Part shown: positions 1 through 10,485 of the stretch, piece after piece
Layout: each line of letters opens with the position of its first letter
Position numbering within the stretch: the stretch's first letter is position 1
Assembly (NCBI GenBank): GCA_004022145.1
Contig: RCNU01000001.1
Reading direction: 5' to 3' (one strand)
Source of the DNA: Paecilomyces variotii
Lineage: Eukaryota
Length of the DNA stretch: 64,000 nucleotides
Made by a program: the position numbers and the translations under genes
Notes under the pieces: model-generated
What the model saw: the letters and a program-made list of their open reading frames with translations, nothing else
Databases searched by the model: none
Told to the model about the DNA's origin: nothing

Positions 1-740
1 ATCTTATAATACTAATAAAGAGTATTATAAAAGAGATAGATCTAATTTATTTACCCTAAATCTAATATATTCTATTCTTTAGTATAAGAAGAAAAGGTAA
101 TAAAAATACCTTATTTATATTAATATTATCTATAGCAGGCAGAGCAATAATAATAATAGTGCTAGTCCTTAAAGAAAGATATATAATATATATAATAGAT
201 TGAGTTAGATAAAGAGCTTAAGCCTATACTTATATTCTATATTTATATCTATAGCTAAGCTTTATAATAATCTAATTAGTACTAGTAATAATTAATATAG
301 ATACTGTAAGATAGGGGTATTATTATCTAATATATATTATAGCTCTATAAGATCTATAAGATTATTAATAGTATAGAATTAATTAAATAATAATAGATAT
401 AATAATTAATATAATAGCTAGAATATTTATTATATCTATTTAAAGTAAATATTTAATTATTATAAGAAATATAATACTTATAATCTATAAATAGCTATAG
501 TATATTATTATAAATAGCTATATAATAATCTATATATTTAATATATTAATAAAGAATAGGTTTATAGATAGGCTCTATATATTGCCTATAATAAGTATTA
601 GGGTTAAATATAAGTATAGATATAAAGATAAATAAGAAAGCAGATATTAATAATAAATAGCAAAGATCTAAGATAAATATATATTATAAAGGCATTAATA
701 GCCGCTATTAATATATAAAATAATTTAGAGTAGTTATAGA

Positions 741-925
741 AAACTAAAAAAACCGAACTAAACCGAACCGAACCGCCTATAGTTTAGTTCGGTTTATAAT
801 TTTATAAACCGGAACGGTTTATAGACTTTGTAAACCGAACCGATAGTTTATGGTACACTATATGGTTTTTTTAGGTTTGGTTTTTTTGGGTTTTTTAGTT
901 TAATTCGGTTTTTTTGGTTTTTTTT
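741..925. repeat. Left subterminal repeat array (AAACCGAAC / GTTCGGTTT units)
   Basis: aaccgaactaaaccgaaccgaaccg, agttcggttt, aaaccggaacggttt, aaaccgaaccg and ttcggttttt units occur in both orientations next to the TIR. Confidence 0.85.
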
Positions 926-1249
926 AGTTACTTTAGATTAATCTGAATTTTTATATAAATCTTATTAATCTTTAAGAACTATTTAGATTTTTATTTCTTT
1001 ATAATATCTATTACTAAATATTAACTAAAAATTAGTAGAATAATATTAGAATATAATATTAGAGTCTAACTTAAGTTAGATTCTTAATATTTATATTAGC
1101 CTTTAATATAGTTAATCTAGCGTAAGCAATAATTAAAAGACTCAGATCTATTTATAGTTATTATGTTCCTCTAAAGATATATAGAAACTCTAGATATAGA
1201 TAATTTATTTAATTATTCTCCTTTATTATAAGTAGATTTAATAATAGGT

Positions 1250-3900
1250 TAATTTATTTAAATACTTAAAAGACCTTAACCCCTAAACTGCTTTATTTAA
1301 TAATCTTTATTATTTATATTTATCTCTCCTTCTGATATATTATCTATATCCTTATTATTATTGATTAGATTTAGTAATTTAATCTCTTCTTTTTTAGATT
1401 ATTGATTATTAGGTATTATATTTATATTATTAGTTATTATCTTAAACTCCTGCTAAATAGTGAAATTTTTAATATATATAAAAAATATTAAAGCATAGAT
1501 TATATTAGGAAATAGTTAGCTATATTAGTAATAGCAGATATCTCGGGTATTATTAAATAATTGTTCTATATTAATATTATTTGATAGGATTATAAGAAAA
1601 TCTTAGGCTATTATTATAAGAATTAGGAATTGGTATTTATTAATTCTCCAATAATTAAGGATATTATCTGATTCTAATAAACCTAATCTAATTTAAGTTA
1701 GAATAATACTGTGTGATTTAGATATAATATTGGATAGAATATTACCTTTAGTAAGATAAGTCTGAATTTCTCGATAAGTACTAGTAGTACTTAAAGGGAG
1801 ATAATAATATTTAGATTGTGTAAGTGCATAATCTAAGGTTAAGACTGATAAATAGGTTCCTAATTATATCTTAATATTTAGATTTTAATTACTATAGTAT
1901 TAAAATATCTTATAAAAAATCTTTTTATAAGTATTATACTAGTTTTTTATTATATCTTGCCAGACTTAAGTTTTAAAATATTTAAGTTTTGCGCTGGGGT
2001 AAAAGATCGTTATAATTATATATATAAATCCTTAAGATTTATATATTTTAGTATAATAAGTTTATAACTTATTATAAGTTTTAGATAAAATATTTTAGAG
2101 TTAGATCTTTTATATAGCTCTTTTTAATTTTAAATGCTCTATATAGTTATTAAGATAATTAAAGATAATATTATAGATTTTAAAAACCCTATAAATTAAT
2201 AGACTGTTTATCTTTAATATAGTAAGAGTAAGATTATAGAATAGCTAGATTAACTTAATAAGATATTTAACCTAATATTATTTAGTAGGAGATAATATCA
2301 GAAAATAAATATCTTTATTAGCTTATAATATAATAAATCGTCTAATTACTATATATAGTTTAAGGGTATATATAAATATAAAATATATTGAATTCTATTA
2401 TATCTGGTAATTAAGAAGTAATAATTTTAGCTAATTAGTACTTAATTATTATAATATTAAGAAATATTCCTAATGCTAAGGGCTTATATTAATAAATCTA
2501 GTAATCTTGTAAATCTATATAAAAATCTATTAGTATTAATCTAACTTAAGTTAAATAAAGAATATCTTTTCTAATAATATTGGGATACTCTAAGGATATA
2601 ATAGGCCTTTATCTTTTTTTATATCCTAATTAATACTATTATTAATAGGAGTATTAATATAGAGTTTATCTAGTAAAGTATTAACTATAAGTTATAAAAT
2701 ATATATTAAATATAGAATATAATAGCAATTTAAAATGAGTTAACTTAATATTATATCTTAGAAATCTTCTAATAATAAATTTGTTTTAAGCTTATCCTTT
2801 AGGCTTTTATCTAGCTTTGTTATTAGGGTAATATTATTATTTGTATTATCTATAGTAATAGTAAGAATCTAATATTATAAATTATATTAATAAAGATTTT
2901 TTAGTAATATTTTAGCTAAGTTTTTCCTAGTATATAATTTATAAATAGAATTAAAGGCTAAGAGTACTTCCCTATATATTTATTTTATATTAATAAAATA
3001 CCCAGTTATAGCAAAAAAAGAATATTAACTTTAATTAGTCTAATAATTTAATACTAGAGAAATCTTTCCTTGCTCTGGTAAATATAATAATATTTTAATA
3101 TAATTAATCTCCTTGAATTTAAAAAGGTATACTTAAATCTGATATTAGTTAGATAATTCTAGATGTAAATTACCAGCAGCTGTATATAATATATAGCAGA
3201 ACTAAATATATTTAACTATTTAAAATAATTAGCAATATTCTATAATAAAATACAGGATCTAATTATATAATATATCTAGTATATATATTGGATTAAAAGT
3301 TTTTTAAAAAAAATATTAGTAATAAAGTCTATATTAATTATCTAGTTCTTACCTTTATAATTAATATATTTTAAATATTGTTATTTTTTTAAGTCTTATC
3401 TTTAGATTAGTATATGGCTTTTTTTATATAGGCGGCTATTAAGCTAATACTATTTCCTCCTTTATAAGAATATTGAAGAAATATAGAGTAATATAAATAT
3501 TATATATAAGGGATACTAGAAATATTATTTGTAACTTCTTAATAATATTGCTATATATATAATTAAGTCTTTATTTTTGCCTATTAAAACTTAGACTATT
3601 ATTTTATAAACTCTGTTTTATTTTATTAAAATTTAAAAATCTAAACCTGTTTTAAAAGAGCTAAATAGATAATAGCCTTTTTTTAATTATATCTTATTAT
3701 CTTAAGTTTAGTTAAGTTAAGAGTATTAGCTTTAGATTGGGGCTTATATTGTTTAATAGGATTATAATTAAAATTTATATTCTAGATATTAGTATTTAAA
3801 GATAAAGGAGTTTTATAGGTCTTTATAAGAGTATAAATAATATAATTCTAAAACTATAATAAAGGACCCGGTAATCCTAATATATCTCTATTAAAATAAA
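1250..3900 (-). pseudogene. hAT transposase, RIP-mutated (ends approximate; core readable ~1490-3080)
   Basis: Allowing only C>T/G>A reversions, the minus strand gives KISLALDCWTS...FFAITGYFI...YREVLLAF...HTGENLA...ILAITTDNASNN (~3065-2830), HIPCLAHILQL (~2720-2690), IRKIARFINASPQR (~2514-2470), TRWNSTYFML (~2403-2375) and the dimerisation domain YWRIN..QFP.L..MARDFLAIP....VERLFNSARDICHY (~1655-1520). Introns at 2515-2565 and 1683-1745. Confidence 0.92.
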
Positions 3901-4439
3901 GTAAGGAGGAGGAGAAATTTAAAAATAATAGTATTAGCAGCGGTATAATATCTATAGCATTTTAACTTAAGTTAGATTTCTGCTTAGATATATTTATATC
4001 TTAGGTTATTATAAAGCTAGCTTAGATTATTAAGATATATTATTTTTTTTTTTTATTTTATAGTCCTTATCTTTATAGTCCCGCTCTTTTATCTTTAATT
4101 ATTATTCTAAAATAGAAATAAGAAGCAATAGCTATATTAACTTAAATTAAATCTTTAAAAACTAATTTCTGTTTTATTAATAAAATCTACTTTAATTTAA
4201 GTTAGAAATAAAGCTTTTAAATAATATAAGTTCTTATTACTAGAAGAAAACCATTTTTAAATAATCTAATTTAGAAGTAGAGATTGTATTATTAGTCTAA
4301 AAAAAACCTGATTATTTTATTTCTAACTTAAGTTAGTTTTTTATATACTAAGTAAATACTATTAAGATAGCTTATCTAGAGCTAAACTAAAAAATCTAAA
4401 TTTAAATTAAAAACTTAGCCCTGCTCCTATATTTATAAT

Positions 4440-7400
4440 AATAATATTATTATAACTATTTAATAATATAATTAATAAGAAAAATAACTTATCTTTATTA
4501 TTATTATCTGTATTATTCTTTTAAGGCATATTATTTGCCTTATTAGTCTCTGTGTCTTAATCTAGAATTTTAATTAAATCTTATTCTAATTTTAGTTAGA
4601 ATAGATATATTAATCTATTTACCTATAGAATCTTTTAATATTTTTTATTTTTTTCTTAAGATATTAAAAGTAATAGCTTAGAGCTATTTCTAATTTTTTA
4701 GCTTATGTTGTTCCTTATTATTATTATAAGGGCGTTTATTTATTAGTAGTTAGTTTAATAAAGTTAAAAAAGGTATATATGACTTCTTCTAAGCAGTATA
4801 TTTATTCTTAATTTTAAGATTATAGTCTAGTATAAAGCGCTATAGATATTTATTTATATTATTTATATCTGGAGCCCAGTCCTATTTAATTAAAAGATTG
4901 GCGATCTTTTTTAGTGTTTATAAGCACTAATACTATTCCTTCTAAATCAGGTTAATTTCTAACTTAAGTTAGATTAGTAGTATATATATCTTAGTCTTAA
5001 TAAAATCCTTAGAATCTTTCTTGTAATTATTAGTCTTAGAGAAGCTAAGCTTTATAATATAAATTATGCTTTTCTTAATAGATTAGTATATCTATAGAGC
5101 CCTAGTAATATTAAATTAGGTCTTTAAATTATCCTTATACTAGTTAATTTTTAGGATTTTTAGATTCTTTATTATATTATTATATTGAAATTAGGCTTGC
5201 TATATAATATTGCTAAAGGTAATAAAGATAGAAAGTTATTTGTCCTATATTATATTAGTTTTAATTTAAGTTAGAATAGTCTAGACTTATAATCTTGCTC
5301 TTATTGTTAAATTAATTTATAATGCTCTTAAAGTTAAGTAGGACTGTTTTAGAAGTTATATAGAGGATATAGGCTTAATAGCGCTGTTTAAAATAGGAAA
5401 GATATATATATTATTAGTTATAACTATCTTATTCTTTAATATCTTAAAAATAGAGATTGTTATATAGTTCTAGCAGCTAAAAGATATTAGTATTAATTCT
5501 AATTATAGTTAAGTAAAGTTATTATATAATGCTTTAGATCTGCTTAAGTTTATAGGGAGTCCTTATAAAGCTTATTAGCGAGTTTTTTTATAAAGCCCTT
5601 AATAGCATATATATTATCGGACTTATAAAAGAGAGAATATTAAAGTTTATTTGTTTACTAGAATTCTTAGAGATATTTAGAGGCTATAGCAGGATATTGC
5701 TATTCTAGATTATATTAGAATATAATATATTTTAGTATAGATTTTAATAGAAGACTAATTTTATTATTAAGATTAATCTATAAGCTTTTATAATAATTAG
5801 TTTGTAATTAATTTTTATATCTAACTTAAGTTAAAACTTATTATAAGGGGAACTTAAGTTCTCTATTTTCTAAAATATTCTTCTATATTTATATATATAC
5901 TTTATTTAGTAGGGCTATAAGAAAAGATAGTTATTAAATAGGGTTTTTAAGAGATAGCATAAGAATCTTTAAGTAAGATAATAATTATTTATTAAACTAC
6001 CTGTAATCTAGAGATAGTTTAAGTTTATTATTTTTATAATCTGCCCGCAAAGGAAAGAATAATATATATAAGATATAATTACTCGCGCTATAATAATACT
6101 TAGTAATTAGTCTCTAATCTTCTGCTAATATTATTTTGCTTTATTTATTTATAAAGATTATCTTAGTAAAGCTAAAAAACTTCTTAAACTTTATAATCTA
6201 GATCTAATTTAAGTTAGAAAATTAAAATTAAAATTAAATCCCTGAATATATTTAATTTAGCTTTATATTTATAATTATTTCTCTTAATATATAGTTCTAA
6301 TAAGAGTAATTATAAGTTGTCTATAAATACTCCTATAAATATTATAATTAAATATTATTATATAGAGGGGCTATAATATAAGCTATATAGTTAAATAATA
6401 TATTAATAATAGGGTGTGTTTAATTTTTAAACTTTTTATAGTTCTTTAGTAGTTCTTTATATTAATTTATAGATTTCTTCTTTTACTCTTTAATAAGTAA
6501 GAATATATGCTCTTTATTAGTATTAATATAAGTAATATTTTTATAATTGGATTATAATACTGTAAGAATTTCTGATAATATTGCCTTATTATAGAGGTTA
6601 ATAGCCTAGAGATATGCCTGTGGATTAATTAGCTAAATTCTAACTTAAGTTAAAATAGAGATATATATCGGCCTATAGTCTTTTAATTATCTTTCCTTTA
6701 TAATTAATAGCTTTAGCGGTAGCTGTTTTTTTCTGCTTAGTTAGCAGCTCTAGAAGAGCTATATAATAATATTGCCTAGCTTATAATATTAGTAATATAA
6801 GCCCTTTTAGCTATTTCTTTAGATAGATAAAAAAGTTGCTATCTTTATTCTACTGCTGTTTTAAGAGATTATAAATATTGTTAATATCTACTAGTTTTAG
6901 TAGTTTTGTTATATATGCTTGCAATACTAGATTAAAGTCCTTAGCGCTTAGGGTCGCTTTTATTTATATATTAATATTAAATCTTTATATGCTAGTATAG
7001 AACTTATTTTTTAGGTTTTTAATATAGTTAGTATTAATATTTTAATTGTGTTCTATATCTTTCTAAGATATTTTAAGCTTCCTTATATCTATATATAATA
7101 TTCTTAGATATTTATTCTTAAGCTTTGTGTAGATTATATTATCTCTTATTATTAAGAAGACTCTAGCCTTAGCTATATAGGCCTTTAGCCTATATAATAT
7201 ATTAATCTAAATAGGCTTAAAATCTAAATAGGGTTCTATAGAATTATTATAATTATAAGCCTTAGGTCTTTTTTATTAATACTTTTAGCTAGATTTTTTA
7301 TATTAAAATCTTAGAGAGTTTGTCTTATTATTTAATAGGTATTTTTATTATTTATACTGTCTTTCTAATAGATAAAGTTATAGAGCCTTTAACTTAAGTT

Positions 7401-8400
7401 AGAATTTTAATTATAATAGGGTTAATAATTTATAGTAATATATAATAATCTTCCCTTATATCCTTAAAAATAATCTAACTTAAATTAGATTATTATTTAG
7501 TCTGTGTGCTATTCTTTACCTAGAGTTCCTCAATTAAATTCTAACCAGGTTAGAATTTATTTTTTTTATTAAAGAATATATTTAGTAAAAGAAGTAAATA
7601 TAGTAAAAGAAAAAATAATATAATATATATACTCCTAATATAGATTATATCTAATTAGGAAATTGTATATATATAGGTATATAATATTAGAGACTCCTTA
7701 GGCTCTCTTATTAATTATTTTATTATTACTTTAGTTAACTATTATTAGTAAGATTGCTGCTAATTAAATAAGTAAGCCTTGCCTATTTTTTAGAGACTAA
7801 ACTTATAAATTCTAATTTAAGTTAAATTATAAGTGGGTCTATTATATATTTAATTTGTTATTATCTTTATTATTAGTAATATCTTGTAATAACTTATTGC
7901 TTATATTTCTTTTTTAGTGGCTTATAGTAGTATTTTAAAGGTGCTTTAAATTCTTAGGTTTTAGTTAGATATATTTAATTAAAAGATCAGTATATAATAC
8001 TTATTATTTATCTTATTCCTCTATAGGCTAAGTTATATATAGATAATAGTTAGTTTATTTAGTAATATAGCTAAAGTAGCGCTAAATATTTTAAGTATAA
8101 CCTTCTAGTATATTTTAACTTAAGTTAAAATGCTCTTTTCTGGCTTAGATTATCTATTTAAACCGCCCTTTATATCTAGAGCTACTATAATAATAAATAA
8201 CTTATAATTTTTTTTAATTATTGTTTTATAAAATCTTAATATTTCTTTTTTAAAACTATCTTATTTAATTTGCCTTTAAAAAAGAAAGATATTAGCCCTG
8301 GGTTATAATAGTTATTATTAAGATTAATCTGATTATTCTTAAGAATATCTTTATTAATCCTGAAGCTATTTTATCTAAAATTGCTATATTTTTTATTTGG
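4440..8400 (-). pseudogene. Second element-borne gene: multi-intron ParB-like / DUF3723-like protein, RIP-mutated (ends approximate)
   Basis: One continuous frame 7140-6667 whose stops all revert by RIP: KYLG..Y.DIRKL..SWKD.EHNRDIDTNHVKNLKNKF.TG.RRFD..TRMKATLSAEDF...WPEGL..P.LQAGQHRRAALLELL (literal L*ARQYYYIALLELL at ~6786-6742). After intron 6618-6666 it continues AYLWAIDLYD...L.SNR....NTDGE. About 11 short intron-like segments lie between 4562 and ~8165. The family assignment is from motif recall only. Confidence 0.7.
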
Positions 8401-9409
8401 CTTAATAAGATTAAGGGATATTCTTATATTTATTTTTACCTTTTTTTTTTTTAATATTATTTAAAAGGCAAATTGGCAAATTTTATTGCCCGATATTAAT
8501 ATGTAAGATATATATTTCTACTTATAGTCTACTGTAAAAAAGTATTAAGTAACTTAGCTTGTTATATTTAATATATTAATAAAAATATAGATAGCTAATT
8601 TAATTTAGGATAAATAATTCTGGTATATTTAGGGGATTATTTTAATTGCTTTCTTAAATAGTAAGGGAAAGTATCTTGTAATTTAAGATTATAATCTATG
8701 AGATCCTGGCTAAAAATAACTATATTAATTTTTTTTTTTAGCACAGAATTATTTTTTAAAATTGGTAAGAAAAAAAACCTTAGTTTTATTATTATAGTAT
8801 TATATTAATAGAGCTAAATTAGGGTAAAATAAGTGTCTGCAATTTATAATAGAATAGCTATATTAAATAGCTTAATTAGGGGATTATCTATTATAAGAGA
8901 ATAATATTTAACTTAAAAACTATATTTAGATAAAAAAGAAATAGCTATAAGAATAATATAATCTTAGTAGTTTAAACTTAAGTTAGAATTTTAGTAAGCT
9001 TTATAAGTATATAGAATTTATATATTTTCTATAGAAGTTATAACTTACTAATTATATATAGATTTTATTATTAATTTATTAAAAGAATAATCTAGAAATT
9101 ACTTTTTATTAAGAATAATAATAGTAAATAAAATCTATTCTTTAGTTTAATAACTTTAGCTTTTATAATAAATTATATATATTGTTTAATAGTACTCTAT
9201 TAGCACTATAGTTTATAAATATATATATATATTTCTATAATAATTATTTTAAAGTTTATATTAATATTTAATAATATTTTAAAAGACTATCTTTATATTT
9301 TTAGATTTAATATAATAATATTATATTTAAACTATTTTTTAGCTATAGATTTAAAAGGATATAAATTTAATAATAATATAAAATAATATAGAATATTAAT
9401 ACCTTTAAC

Positions 9410-9615
9410 ACTGTAAACTGTATAAACTATTTAAACCGAACTGTTTAAGAAAAATCTAACTTAAGTTAGTTTAGCGCCCGGTCTTAGCGAATATTTTGGT
9501 TTTTTTGGTTTTAAACTGAACTGCCAGAATACGGTTTAGTTTAGGTATGGTTTTCCTGCCCTGAATTAAAACCTGCTATGGGCGGTTTAACCCTTCCCCG
9601 AACCGAACTGAACTA
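9410..9615. repeat. Right subterminal repeat array (AAACCGAAC-like units)
   Basis: aaaccgaactg, aaactgaactg, cggtttagttt, gcggttt and ccgaaccgaactgaac next to the right TIR. Confidence 0.8.
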
Positions 9616-10485
9616 CCTATATAACCAGTCTAAAATAATTTAATATTATAATAAATTCTAAAGGATTATAATATTATAAAATAAAAATAGAGATAGATTT
9701 TATAGATAAAATATTTACTATATTTAAAATAAGATATATATATATTTATAAAGCAATTTAGATATTAAAATAATAGTTAATATCTAATTTCTATAAATAA
9801 GGAAAGTAATAAATTATACTTATAGTAATAAATAATATATAGCACTTAAAAGAAGCTATTAATAATATTAAATAAAGATATAAAATATATAGTTATAAAA
9901 GATTAGAGGAATAATATATATAATAGGGATAGAAAGATAAAGATAGAGGTAATATTTAGTATATATTGCTAAAGATAGTATAAAAAGTTTAGATAAAAAA
10001 GTAGTTTTAATAAAATATAGGAGCCTATATGTAACTACAGGAAGCATCTAGAATAGAAGATGGTTAGACTAAAACTAATAAGCAATACAGAATAGCAGCA
10101 GTAGAACAGATATTAAAGTATACATTTTAAAGGGATCGCCTATGTATATATATGATCCTGGGGATAATATGGCTCTTTTCCTTGGATATCTTGTGTTTCC
10201 TGCCAAGTCTAGGGAAGCTTGGACTTTGCCCACGTGGATACCCCAGGAATTGGTTCGCGCGAGTAAGATCCATTATACAATGGTCAATGCATGTTCACAG
10301 AGAGGGAAATATCGCAAATAGGATAACTTAGACGAAGAGAGGCTTGAACTATCATCGCATATAGCGGCCTTACGTTCTATAGGGCATGCTTGATCCAAGA
10401 TACTGTACAATTCTACCAAGTTGAACGGAGCTATGCTATCGCTATCGTACACTAGTCCAACATCTAGCTTTGAAGAAATGCAGCT

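Larger units (their letters stand above)
1065..9470. repeat. Dispersed 16-bp palindrome TCTAACTTAAGTTAGA, about 20 copies confined to the hAT element
   Basis: Copies with 0-3 mismatches start at 1065, 1687, 2540, 3961, 4136, 4191, 4322, 4585, 4958, 5260, 5820, 6203, 6639, 7388, 7474, 7811, 8114, 8972 and 9455. A spacer variant TCTAACCAGGTTAGA is at 7540 and a degenerate copy at ~5498. None was noticed outside 726-9632. Confidence 0.92.
726..9632 (-). mobile_element. Large (8.9 kb) hAT-superfamily DNA transposon, RIP-inactivated, carrying a second gene
   Basis: Left end TAGAGTAGTTATA (726-738) matches the reverse complement of the right end, TAGACTGGTTATA (9620-9632), at 11/13. Identical 8-bp flanks AAATAATT at 718-725 and 9633-9640. 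Subterminal repeats at both ends and hAT transposase motifs inside. Confidence 0.93.
1..10120. repeat. AT-rich RIP-mutated repeat block (nested transposon relics)
   Basis: Very low GC, TpA-rich and CpA/TpG-poor, no ORFs in the six-frame track. Composition switches to normal genic GC at about 10.1 kb. Confidence 0.95.

Noticed and set aside
1-717. Identity of the older host relic flanking the hAT
   Set aside because: No recognisable protein motifs or terminal repeats could be read on either strand.
1065-9470. Palindrome series as a CRISPR-like array
   Set aside because: Spacing is irregular (about 55 bp to 1.4 kb), the intervening DNA is transposon exon sequence, the context is eukaryotic and there are no cas genes.
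1-10120. AT-rich block as mitochondrial DNA, contamination or a Starship boundary
   Set aside because: It decodes as RIP-mutated nuclear transposon genes with hAT ends, and no tyrosine-recombinase captain was recognised. A centromere-proximal location cannot be judged from this window.
10156-10248. Short inverted repeat tcctgggg...ccccagga at the RIP boundary
   Set aside because: Only about 8-10 bp with no TSD; compatible with chance.
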